Source: an uncultured Planctomycetaceae bacterium (lineage in GTDB: Bacteria > Planctomycetota > Planctomycetia > Isosphaerales > Isosphaeraceae). From it: 64,000 bases of DNA. The notes under the pieces are model-generated. The model was not told where the DNA came from. It searched no databases and saw nothing but the letters and a program-made list of their open reading frames with translations. Of this stretch, positions 31,580 through 43,591 are shown piece after piece. A program made the position numbers and the translations under genes. The first letter of the stretch is position 1. Every line of letters starts with the position of its first letter. The stretch is from positions 1,344,001 through 1,408,000 of the forward strand of contig CAWIAD010000002.1 of assembly GCA_963833985.1 (NCBI GenBank). The letters are read 5' to 3'.

Positions 31580-31955
31580 GCGGACCCGAAGAAGTCCTTG
31601 GAGAGGATTGCCGTCCGCTTGCCCGGTGCTGAGGGCCAAGCCTGGTTGCTCTCCTCGTGGGGTACGATTCCGATCGTGCCCTTCCATTCTCGTGGGGTAG
31701 GATTCTATCCGTGCCCTTCCATTCTCGTGGGGTACGATTCCAATCGTGCCCTTGAATTCTCGTGGGGTAGGATTCTATCCGTGCCCTTGAATTCTCATGG
31801 GTACGATTCCAATCGTGCCATCCCTGGTCCATCAGGCAGAAAAAGTGCCACGAATGGAATCGAGTCCCACGAGGAGATCGAACAGGTGACATGATCGGAA
31901 TCGTGGCCCACAAAGAGCGGCCTCCCGGTCATGCAGGATCGCATCAACCGGCTGA
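31580..31955 (-). repeat. REP-containing non-autonomous repeat element, copy 1, with a 5-unit 35-bp tandem array (31654-31819)
   Basis: Units CTCGTGGGGTACGATTCCAATCGTGCCCTT(C/G)(C/A)ATT alternate with ...TAGGATTCTATCCGTGCC... units. The flanks are reverse-complement homologues of 47221-47319 and 49314-49450. Confidence 0.88.
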
Positions 31956-32367
31956 ATGCCTGTCAAAGAACGATTGCGAACCTGCTGAGTAATAGGATAC
32001 CGAAGTGATCGAACCAGGTGACGAGGTTCGCGACGGCGAGGGCGGAGAGATCCTTGACTCGGAAGGAACCTCTCGCAGGCTACGACCTACTGGCGTACGT
32101 AGTCTGCGGGCGCGTCTTATCCATGGCCACCCGCCGCCTCGGGACAGACGGTCGCCCGCCAGGAGACGACCACGACCGGTACTTTGTCGGGGCTCTCCAG
32201 GGGGTCGCGAGACCGTCCGGTCTGGATCAGCCCGATCTGGCTCTGGCGGTCGCTGACGCACTGGAGTATCCAGCCGATGAGGTTGACTCAGGCCGCAGCG
32301 TGACCGGCGATGTCACCCGTGGACCGGACGGTCGCCCACGGGGGATCGCCGAGCGGCCGGGCACGGC

Positions 32368-33862
32368 TTACATGTAGCCGGGCGCGTTGCTAGTTTCGCC
32401 AAATTTCGCCGGAAGTTGCGCCTGTTCGGTCCAGTGGCTGCGCCGTCGTCGGACCTGCCTCCAGGCGAACAGGCCGACGATGGAATCTGCATAGAACATC
32501 CCGCGCGGGGTCGGTACCATCGCGGTTCCGTCCACGGCGAGCAAGCCTTCAGCCTCGAGCGCTTCGACCTCGCACTCGAAATCAGCAAGCGGGTCGCCCC
32601 GGAATGTGCTCATGTAGTCGTCGAGCCTCGATGTGCAGGGCGGCGAGCCGACGCGTGAGGAAGAAGATCCGCTGGTCCCAGGGGTCGTAATCGAAGCGGC
32701 GGTCCCAGGTTGGACCGTCGCGATCCACGGCTGCCATGTATTCTTCCGAACTATCGGGGTTCATCGCCTTTGTGGCCCGCTCGGCTCCGCCAGCGAAGGA
32801 GATCGCGGAGGGCCCGAAACCGACCACGTCGTAACGGTTGGGCCGGAAGCCAAACTTCTCGTAGACGAAGCGATGCGCGTGGCCACGGAACTCCCGCCGC
32901 TCGAAATTGGTGAGCGTGGTCTGGTCGAAGTTCCGCTTCAGAAGCAGCTCGCGGAGCGCGAGCCAATTGTCGCAAGCTGTTTCGTTGCCAGGCAGGGAAG
33001 CGACCAGCGCGGGGTCGCGCGACCAGGCGGTGCCGAGACCCTCGAAGAGGACCAGGTGGTAAAGGCCCATGTGGTCCAGCCCGATGGCGACGGCCCGCTC
33101 GACGTCGTCGCGCATGTCGCCTTGAGATTCGCCCGGCAGGTTGAAGAGAAGATCGCCCGAGACCGTGAAACCTCGGGCGTGAGCCGCCTCGACGACGGCG
33201 CGGAACGTTGCCGCGTTGCCGAATCCGAGACGGCCCATGAGCCGCAGCCGCTCTTCCTGGAACGTCTGGATGCCCATGCTGAGGCGGAAATGGCGGGCTG
33301 GAAGTTCCTCGCGAAGGATGTCCATGAGCAAGGGCTCACGGTTCAGGAACGCGGCCGGAACGCCCTCCAGCGTGACCTCGGCCGAGGAGAGATCGAACGA
33401 CCCGGCGAGAGCTCTGCAAAGAGTATGGAACGACTCAGGCGGGCAGAGATTTGCAGTGCCGCCGCCGAAATAGAGCCCGGCAACCTGCCTCCCATGGAGG
33501 CTGGGATCACGACGGAGGCGATCACCGATCTCCTTGACCACGTGATTGACGATGTGGGAGGCTTTCCGCCGGTTGAACACCTCATGCGGGAACGTGCAGA
33601 AACCGCAGCCGGCGACCGCCGGGTTGCAGAAGGGATGCGGAAGGACCCCCACGAGCAGCCCGCGCGCGGGGTCGTGGTTCAGGTTCGGGTCAACCCAGCC
33701 ATGGCGATAAAGCTTCTTGTTCCGGGGCATGGCGGCTGCCAGCGGATAACCGTGCAGCAACCGGTGTCGCTGTGGCCGTTGCATCAGGCGGCGGAGCAGC
33801 TCCCGGTCGTGAGCGGTCGGAGACGCGGTGTCAAGGTGGAGCACTTCAACAAGCAGGTGCAT
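32368..33862 (-). CDS. HemN/HemW-like radical SAM protein (apparent frameshift at about 32625)
   Basis: PFCNPAVAGCGFCTF cluster motif, LYFGGGTANL, EVTLEG, RLSMGIQTF, DLLFNLPGE and VVGFGPSAIS; the C-terminal TPRGMFYADS is in the second frame. Confidence 0.85.
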
Positions 33863-33905
33863 GAGGAAACTCCTTGAGGGTTGGGGGACGGTTCTAGCAA
33901 CGAAG

Positions 33906-34400
33906 TCATTGACCGTGGAAATGTGCGCGATCAGTGATCGCCTTCGGGTTCAGGCCTGGGATGCGGTGCCTTGACGGTCCGTGCGCAATTCGCCGCGAAA
34001 ATAGGTCCAGGACGATGCCCGCCAGCAGGTATTGCGAGAAACTCTGTAGTATCCAGCAAATAATGATCTGGTGTGGTATTGTGATGGAGGCGTAAGCCAG
34101 GAGATAGATCGGCAATGCGCCAACGAAGAATAGCGCCGCTCCGAGGCGCGCACCGTTCAGCGGCACCACTGAACCGACTGCGAGGAAAGCCCAGGTGAAC
34201 AAGAAACCAAAAGCGAGCGGATGGAAGATCATGTAAGGCAGAGTCCACCCCGGCCAGGGACGGAAGATGCCGCTCGTCACGTAGAGAGTGGAGAGCGAAG
34301 TCGTCACGAGGATGTGAAAGAACAGTCCGACCACTAGCATAACCATGCCGGCAAGGCCGCCAAGGCTGAGGAACGCCCTGGTTTTGGTGCATCTGGTCAT
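33906..34400 (-). CDS. Small 4-TM membrane protein (in frame with the upstream peptidase but with its own RBS/ATG)
   Basis: GAGGAA RBS then MTRCTKTRAFLSLGGLAG..., with four hydrophobic segments. Confidence 0.6.
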   Translation of the reverse strand: MTRCTKTRAFLSLGGLAGMVMLVVGLFFHILVTTSLSTLYVTSGIFRPWPGWTLPYMIFHPLAFGFLFTWAFLAVGSVVPLNGARLGAALFFVGALPIYLLAYASITIPHQIIICWILQSFSQYLLAGIVLDLFSRRIAHGPSRHRIPGLNPKAITDRAHFHGQ

Positions 34401-35702
34401 TGTATGTTCCTCAATTCTGAGATCATGTACGCTGTCGAGGGTTGAATACCGCCTTTCGTTGAGTCCCATCGCACGACGGACACTCTTTGCTTCGAGTCGA
34501 GTGATCGGCTTGCGGCCGCGGATCGTCAGGGAATCCAGGTCGGAAGGAACCCGCGTCAGGAACTCGCCGCCATCGCGTGTGACAAGAATCGTGTCGGAAT
34601 GGCGGAAGCCGCCCACGTCTCCCTCATGCAAGTAGATTCCCGGTTCAATGCTGATCACCATGTTCTCGGCGAGTATGTCCGCGCTGCCCGCGGCGACCCA
34701 GGGAGCTTCATGATTGCCCAGACCAATGCCATGTCCCGTGCGATGGAGCCGGCATTCCTCGCCCGCGTACCCTTGCTTCGCCAGGAAAGCGTTGACGGCG
34801 TCGTCGATGTCGCCACAGGGGATCCCAGGCCGGACCATCTTCAGCGCAAGTTTTCTTGCCTCGAGCATGGCCTGAAACACGGATCTTGTCTTCGCATCAG
34901 GTCGCACTGTGAAGAAAGTCCGCTCGCTCTCCGCGGCATAGCCGTTGACCCGTAGGAAAGCAAGGGCCACATGCGGACCACGTCCCAGGCGATCCCGCGG
35001 GGACGGAATGGAATGAGGCTGGGCGCTGCGTGGCGCAGCCCAGGTCGCCATGAGCACGCGGTTGGTAAGAGGGTCCCAGTCGGGGCTGTCGCGAATGATC
35101 GACCGCGTGATCCTGCCGGTCCGCGCAAAACCTTCGGCAACCGTCGCGTCCCGGTAAGCCGCGTCGAGAAGCTGCTGGACGGCTAAGTCGGCGTATCGGG
35201 CGGCCTGCCTGATCATGGCGATCTCGGCCTCGGACTTGATCAGCCGCAAGCTCTCGATAAGCGTCAGTGCCACGGGCGAGAGTTCCTGCAGCTCGCCGGC
35301 GATGTCCAGCCGGAGTGAAGCCTCCACTCCGATGCGTCCTGCTTTTCCACAAAGGTCCAGAAGGACATCACGCCAGGCTCGGCCCGGCGGCGCGGGGTGA
35401 TCCCGGTAAGTGTGAATGACTCGCGTCTGAACTCCCTGGCTTTTCTTCATGTGTTCGGCATCGAGCCTGGGAACCAGGAGCGCCGGCTCCTCCCTCCCAG
35501 GCGGCGTCACGATGAGGAAGAACGGCCGCTCCAGCGGCTCGAACCCCGCGCCGGTCAGGTAATAGATACTGTCGAACGAAGAGACCAGGAGCCGGTCGAG
35601 ACCGGCGCCGGCAACGGCGGTTTGAAGCCGGCCAAGGCGATCGCGATACTCTTCCGCGGTGATTCGTGGCATGGCTTTCTGAAGTCTCCCTACAGAATTC
35701 AT
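34401..35702 (-). CDS. Xaa-Pro peptidase, M24B family (true 3' end uncertain)
   Basis: Creatinase-like N-domain IYYLTG..ERPFFL; LIKSEAEI, NGYAAESERTF, HRTGHGIGLGNHEAP, SIEPGIY and GFRHSDT motifs. Confidence 0.88.
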
Positions 35703-35789
35703 ACGTGCTCCCGATGAAAAGCTTTCTTGTCGGTTTCGCCGATAGCGCGATAGCAACAGGGGGCCGGCGTGGAAACCGCTTGCGGGGTC

Positions 35790-35804
35790 TCAAGACGAGT
35801 GCCG
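35790..35804 (-). promoter_or_regulatory. Candidate sigma54 (-24/-12) promoter
   Basis: Minus strand CGGCAC-TCGTC-TTGA versus consensus TGGCAC-N5-TTGC, about 90 bp upstream of the peptidase and divergent from a sigma54 activator. Confidence 0.6.
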
Positions 35805-36010
35805 CAATGGACTTTGCTGGAGCAGCGAACTGAAGCAGCTTCGGTGCCGAATCTCCGTGGCCGTTCTAAATCAAGGCGCCACCATGCCTTGTGGAGTTTC
35901 AGGAAGGACCCAACCACTGGCAGCTCGCCAGCCGCGCGGCATATTCTGTAGCATGGACCGCAAAACATGTCGGCCGTGTCTCGAGTAGGCAAAGAGCGCA
36001 GCAGCGCGGG

Positions 36011-37774
36011 ATGGTGATGATGGCACTTCTGGAGTCCGGTCAGTGGCGTGTCGCCCAGTCGATCGCGGGGATCGGCTTCTGCAACCCGTTCCTTCCCGAG
36101 CGGCTCGAGCTGGAGCGGCGCGCTCTCGGGGCCGACTATGTCGACGTCGGGCCTGTGATCCAGGCTCGTCCCGGGGTTCCCGTAGAGGAGCACTTCCCGA
36201 ACGTGACGCTACTCCGCCAGCGCGGCGAGGAGGCTCTCAAGACCATGCGGTTGCAGCTGGAGGAAGGGCATCCCGCAACGGAGTCCGAACTTCTGGTTTA
36301 TGAGAATCTGGCGCTCTTCGTGATCTATAGCCGGTACATGAACTCACTTGACGGACTGGTCGCCAGGTCGCTGAACCAGAAGGGCTGGGACGGCAAGGTC
36401 TCAGAGCGAGAGTGGAAAGCCTTCCTGTACGATTTCCAGTACTACTTCCAGATCCCCGGCCGGGACCTTCCTTCAAAGCATGATGCGGCCAGGGTCTTCG
36501 CCGGATACTTCCAGATCGAGCGCACCTTCATACACATCTTCCACAAGATCCGCGGAGGCTCGATGCCGGCGGCGCGGTTGCGTGCGGCGGTATGGCAATC
36601 GATTTTCACCCATGACATGGCACGTTATCTCCGGGTACTGCACCGGCGCATGACCAGGGTGCCAACACTGATCACGGGGCCCTCCGGAAGCGGCAAGGAG
36701 CTTGTCAGCCGGGCGATCGGTCTGTCCTGCTTCATCCCCTTCAACCCGTTGAGCAAGAGATTCGATGCCCTCATGGACGACCTGTACGTGCCTTTGAACA
36801 TCGCGGCGCTGAGCGCGACCTTGATCGAGTCTGAATTGTTCGGGCATGTCAAGGGGGCCTTCTCGGGGGCGAATCAGAACCGCGAGGGATGGCTTGGAAA
36901 ATGCGGTCCCCATGGCGCGGTGTTCCTTGACGAGATCGGCGAGCTTGAAGGCTCGATCCAGGTGAAGCTTTTGCGCGTGCTCGAATCGAAACTGTTCCAG
37001 CGCGTCGGCGACACGGTTAACCGGAGTTTCAACGGCAAGATCATCGCGGCCACCAACCGCAACCTGGCCGCGGAGATGAAGGCCGGCAAGTTCCGCGCGG
37101 ATCTCTATTACCGGCTTTGTGCCGATCAGGTCGGCACGCCCTCGCTGGCCGAGCAGCTTGCCCACCGGCCCGAAGATCTGGATCAGCTGGTTCAATACTT
37201 GGCAGAAGAGGTTCTCGGATGCGAGGTGTCCGGCGGAGACGACGCCGCACGGGATGACTTCGCGGTTCGCGAAGCGCGTGCGTTGACCCGGGAGGTCGTC
37301 TCCTGGATCGATCGCGAACTCGGCCGCGGCTATACCTGGCCGGGAAACTTCCGGGAGCTGGGGCAGTGCGTCCGGAATATCATGATCCGCGGCAGTTACC
37401 GTCCCAGCCCCCACGGCCGCGATCCTGATGACAGGCGTGAACCGGCCGAAACGTTCCTCCACCAGGTCCGCGAGCTGGAGCTCTCGGCGGACGAACTCCT
37501 GGGCCGGTACTACGCGCTGGCCTACGATCGATGTGGGCGCAGTTACCAGGCCACCGGCCGACGATTGGGTGTTGACTGGCGCGTGATCAAAGACAACCTC
37601 GATCGATCGTTTCTTGACCAGCTTCCGGGCGGCGAACTACCACTTCACGATCGAGTCTCGACGTCGACGGGACGCGGTAAGCCAGCGCCTCAGCCAGACA
37701 CTGCCGGCTCCAGGATCGACCGTGCCCAGTCCATGTCGCGGTCCAGGAGCGGTGGAACTGGCGGTTCCCCGTAA
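36011..37774 (+). CDS. Sigma54-dependent enhancer-binding protein with an unrecognised N-terminal domain
   Basis: ITGPSGSGKELV, ESELFGHVKGAFSGA, VFLDEIGEL, IIAATNRNL, FRADLYYRL and WPGNFREL motifs, with a C-terminal HTH. Confidence 0.92.
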   Translation: MVMMALLESGQWRVAQSIAGIGFCNPFLPERLELERRALGADYVDVGPVIQARPGVPVEEHFPNVTLLRQRGEEALKTMRLQLEEGHPATESELLVYENLALFVIYSRYMNSLDGLVARSLNQKGWDGKVSEREWKAFLYDFQYYFQIPGRDLPSKHDAARVFAGYFQIERTFIHIFHKIRGGSMPAARLRAAVWQSIFTHDMARYLRVLHRRMTRVPTLITGPSGSGKELVSRAIGLSCFIPFNPLSKRFDALMDDLYVPLNIAALSATLIESELFGHVKGAFSGANQNREGWLGKCGPHGAVFLDEIGELEGSIQVKLLRVLESKLFQRVGDTVNRSFNGKIIAATNRNLAAEMKAGKFRADLYYRLCADQVGTPSLAEQLAHRPEDLDQLVQYLAEEVLGCEVSGGDDAARDDFAVREARALTREVVSWIDRELGRGYTWPGNFRELGQCVRNIMIRGSYRPSPHGRDPDDRREPAETFLHQVRELELSADELLGRYYALAYDRCGRSYQATGRRLGVDWRVIKDNLDRSFLDQLPGGELPLHDRVSTSTGRGKPAPQPDTAGSRIDRAQSMSRSRSGGTGGSP

Positions 37775-38478
37775 TTCAAGCGCAGGTCGAACCGGGCGCG
37801 GTCGTAGAGGGCGTGAACGACTGCGCCGAGGTCGAACTCGGGCTCCGGGTCTTCGGGCAGGAGCGGGATCGGGATCGCCGGGATCGGCTGCCGGACGCCG
37901 AAGACGTGGAGTTGCGCCTTCGGTCGCGTGGCCCCTCGGCTCACGAGGATGCGATAGTCGATGCGTTTGATCGGCACGCGGGCCAGGGGCATGGGCTGCC
38001 CGGCGCGCAGCAGGTCGATCTCGACGAGGTTGGTTCGAGAATCGAGGATTTTCATCCGCTTGTTGAGGTATTTCACTCGTCCTTCCGCGTGGATCTTGTT
38101 GACGGGGGAGAGGATCTCCAGCACCGTGACCAGGGTTCCGGTCTCGACGTCGTGAATTTCCAGGAACCACTCTTGAAGCGAGTCGTTGGTCACGACCTCC
38201 ACGTCGAGCACGCCGCCCACAGCCGATTCCTCGTTCTCGGCCGGCTCCCACCCCGCATTGCCACGCGCGGGTCTGGCAATCACGAGGTCGGGTCGGCCCA
38301 CCAAGACGAGTTCACCCGGGTCCATCCTGTACGCCTGCTGCTCGAGGCCGATGTAATACTTCGGTGCGACTTGGGGCGTAAGCTCATTGGCAATCGCCGC
38401 GATCAGGCTGTTGTGCACATCCGGCCAGAGCGCTGGATGTTCGAGCCAGGGATCCATGCCGGGGAATGGTGGTCGCAT
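37690..38478 (-). CDS. DUF4058 family protein
   Basis: MRPPFPGMDPWLE..WPDVH, LVTVLEILSPVNK, NLVEIDLLRAG and PAIPIPL motifs. Confidence 0.88.
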   Translation of the reverse strand: MRPPFPGMDPWLEHPALWPDVHNSLIAAIANELTPQVAPKYYIGLEQQAYRMDPGELVLVGRPDLVIARPARGNAGWEPAENEESAVGGVLDVEVVTNDSLQEWFLEIHDVETGTLVTVLEILSPVNKIHAEGRVKYLNKRMKILDSRTNLVEIDLLRAGQPMPLARVPIKRIDYRILVSRGATRPKAQLHVFGVRQPIPAIPIPLLPEDPEPEFDLGAVVHALYDRARFDLRLNYGEPPVPPLLDRDMDWARSILEPAVSG

Positions 38479-38549
38479 GCTTCGAAGCAAATTCTCCGCA
38501 GGACCAGTCCTGTTCCTTGTGTTCCTTGAGCTCAAGGCGACTATCCCTA

Positions 38550-40043
<1,494 letters not shown>

Positions 40044-40063
40044 GGGGGTATCGCTCCACTCGA

Positions 40064-43000
40064 TCAACCTTTGGTCACCACTTCGTCCAGGTTAAGGATC
40101 ACGTTGCCGATCATGGTCCAGGCGGCCAGCTCGGCGGGGTCCCACTTCGGGTCGGCCTTCGTCTCGCCGGTGGCGATCAATGCCCGGGCCGCGTCGGGAT
40201 GTCCGGCGTAGCGCGCCTGGAAGTCCTGGAGGGCCGAGGTCAGCTCGGCGAGCTCCCGGGCGTCGGGCCGGCGCGCGGTGGCAAGGCGGAACATGAAAGC
40301 GAGCCGCTCGTCGGTGGTCGGCCCGGCCTCGCGGAAGGTTCGCTCGGCCAGACCGCGTGCCGCCTCCACCATTTGCGGCTCGTTCATGAGCAGGAGCGCC
40401 TGGAGGGGGGTGTTGGTGCGTTCCCTGCGCACCAGGCACGCCTCGCGGGAAGGAGCGTCGAAGGTGGTCATCTGGGGCGGAGGCGAGGTCCGCTTCCAGA
40501 AGGTGTAAAGGCTGCGGCGATGCACCTTCTCGGGGCCGCTGTCGGCGGTGAACCGCGCGGTGTTGCTGCCGGTGTAACCCACGGCTTCCCACAGGCCGGC
40601 CGGCTGGGGCGGCTTCACGCTTGGCCCGCCCACATGCTCGACGAGCAGGCCGCCGAGGGCGAGTGCCTGGTCGCGCACCATCTCGGCATCCAGCCGGTAG
40701 CGAGGGCCGCGGCTCAGCAGTCGGTTGGCCGGGTCGCGGGCGAGGCTTTCGGATGTCACGTGCGCGCTCTGGCGATAGGCTGCCGACATCACCAGCCGTT
40801 TCATGAACCGCTTCACGTCCCAGCCGTCGTCACGGAACTGCACCGCCAGCCAGTCGAGCAGTTCGGGATGGCTGGGCGGTTCTCCTTGCGACCCGAAATC
40901 CTCGGCCGTCTTCACGAGTCCGGTGCCGAAGATTTGAAGCCAGAACCGGTTCACGGCCACCCGTGCGGTCAACGGGTGGTTCGGCGCCACCAGCCAGCGG
41001 GCCAGGCCCAGGCGGTTCAATGGCGCGCCCGCGGGCGGAGGGGGCAAGAACGCCGGCAAGGCGCGTCCCACCTTGTCGCGGCGCTGATCGTATTCACCAC
41101 GGTTCAGGATGTAGGCCGGCTTCGGCTCGCCCTGCCGCTCGCGGAAGACGAGGGTTGTGGGAACCTGGCCCTCGACCTGGCTGCGCGCCTGTTCGGCGGC
41201 CGCCCGCTCGGCGAGCAGCGGTTCCAGGACGGCACGCGAGCCCGAGAAATCGCGCTCGATGAAAGCGGCCAGCAGCGCCTTCTGCTGCACCGAGGTTCGC
41301 TTCGAGCGCTCGACGGCGAGGCTCGCTTTGATCTCGCTGGACAGGCCCGCGCCGCGGTCGGCCTTCCGGCGCGCAGCCAGGCAGCGAACGAGCCGTAGAG
41401 CTGGCCTTCCTGTGGCGTCCAGGTGTCGAGGCCCGCGCGGTCCCAGTACACCGTTCCATCGTGCTGCGTGAAGGCCCAGCCGTCGATGAGGGTCCCGGGC
41501 TTGAGGCCCAGCTTGCCGGCCTCCACCTCCAGACGGACCCACTTGCCGGAGGCCGGCAGGTCTCCGCGATGCAACCGCTCGGGCGTACCGTCCTTGCCCC
41601 ACGAGATGAGGTTCTGGCCCCAGTACGCGCGGTGGCTCCAGCCGCCCTCGGTATGCCACTGAAGCATGATCTCCCTGGGAGGGTCGAGCGGGTCGAGGAA
41701 CACCTGGGCAAAGAGTGTGTCCCCCTCACCGATCTTCAGCTTGCGCGGGGCGCTGTCGAAGAACCGTTGCTTGAGCCCCTGGGCCGCGACCCGCAGCGCC
41801 GCTTGACCGCTGGCGACGGGGTGCTCGGGACGGGTCACGAATTCCCAGGGGCCATCACCCTGGGCCTTCGCTCCACCGGGCACGGCGTCTTCGATCCAGA
41901 CGAAGTCGCGGCGCTCCACGACCTCGCTCTCGCCGGCATCGGCCTTCGGATCGTAAGCCGCGACGGCCCGGGCCACGGCCGCGGAGATCTTCCGGCTCAC
42001 CGCGGCGATGCGCGCGTCGGCCTCGGCCATGGCCTTCTTCTGGTCGGGCGAGGGCACTCTCACCACCGGTGCCCAGCGTGCGTCGTTGCCGTCGAGCGCA
42101 GGGCCGTCAATGTTGTTGAAGAAAGCGAAGAGCTGGTAGTAGTCTTTCGACCGGACCGGGTCGTACTTGTGATCGTGGCAGCGGGCGCAGCCGATGGTCA
42201 TGCCCAGGAACACGGTGCCATTGGTATCGACCTGGTCGAACACGTTGCGGACGTAGACTTCTTCCTCGATCGACCCTCCCTCGCTCGTCGAGATGTGGCA
42301 GCGGTTGTAGCCGGTGGCGACAAGCTGATCGAGCGTGGGGTCGGGCAGAAGATCGCCGGCAAGCTGTTCCACGACGAACTGGTCGAACGGCTTGTTGGTA
42401 TTGAACGCCCGGATCACCCAGTCGCGGTACGGCCACATCTCGCGGTAGTTGTCCAGGTGCAGCCCGTGGGTATCTCCGTAGCGGGCAGCGTCGAGCCAGA
42501 ACCGGGCCATCTGCTCGCCGTAACGCGGCGAGTCGAGCAGCCGGTCGACGATCCGCTCATAGTTCGACTCCGAGCTGTCGGCCAGGAAGGCGTCGACGTC
42601 CTTGAGCGCGGGAGGCAGCCCGGTGAGGTCGAGCGCGAGCCGGCGGATCAAGGTGGCCGGGTCGGCCTGCGGGGCGGGATGCAGCCCCTCCTCCTCGAGG
42701 CGGGCGAGGATGAACCGGTCGACCGGGTTCCGCGGCCATCGCGCGTTCTTGACGTCGGGCAGGCCCGGCTTGCGGGGCGGCTCGAACGCCCAGTGCGTGG
42801 TCCAGGGTGCGCCTTGCTGGACCCACTGGCGGAGCGTCTCGATCTGCTGGGCCGTCAGCCGTTTGCCCGACTTCCTCGGCGGCATCACGGCCTCGGGATC
42901 GTCCGATTCCACGCGGAAGATCAGCTCGCTGTCCTCCGCCTTGCCGGGAACGATGGCGAACTCGCCGCCCTTCAGCTTCCCCATCGCACCGTCCCTGGTG

Positions 43001-43224
43001 TCCAGCCGCAAGCCGGCCTTGCGCTGCTTGTCGTCGGGCCCGTGGCACGCGAAGCAATTGTCCGAAAGAATGGAACGGACATCGCGGGCAAAGTTCACGG
43101 GGCGGCTCTTGTTGTCGGCCGCCTTCGTGGCGCCCGTGTCCCCGGCTCGGGCCAGCGGGGAAAGCAGAAGGAAGCTGGAAACGCCAATCCATGCGAGCGC
43201 TGCGTTGCGGACGAGAGAGGCCAT
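40064..43224 (-). CDS. DUF1549/DUF1553 planctomycete cytochrome c (PSCyt/PSD1) protein (apparent frameshift at about 41370)
   Basis: [71 protein letters not shown] and TNTPLQAL motifs. Confidence 0.92.
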
Positions 43225-43591
43225 CGGATCGCCCCCTGCGTGGCCGCCCGGTTGGCGTTTCTGCGGAGACCCGTGCTTCGTTCGCTGGATCGGTGCGAGC
43301 GGGTTCAGGTCCTCGGCAGCATCGTCTCGCGGGCGGGATCGGGTTTGCGCTGGTGTGATCAATGCGAGGCAGGTCGGAAGGCATGCCCGGCGGCGCCTCG
43401 AGATCTCGCCACCCAGCCTCCATCCTCGACACATTATATAGAATCTTCCTTGCGTTTGTCACCCCACTCGTGCCGGGCATGAGGGGCAGGGGAGTGATGG
43501 CCGGTGGCTCGCGGCGGTCGGACGGGCATCTGCGTGCGGGACGCAACCCTGCGCGTTGACTGAGATTCGGGCGAATTCCTACAATCCGACC

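Noticed and set aside
31654..31819. 35-bp periodic palindromic array as a CRISPR array
   Set aside because: There are no unique spacers (units abut and alternate between two types), no cas genes are present, and the unit recurs as a dispersed REP elsewhere in the window.
33906..35756. 616-aa peptidase-membrane fusion protein
   Set aside because: The membrane part has its own RBS and ATG at 34400 and the window is rich in indel errors, so two genes are more likely. The fusion is not excluded without reads.
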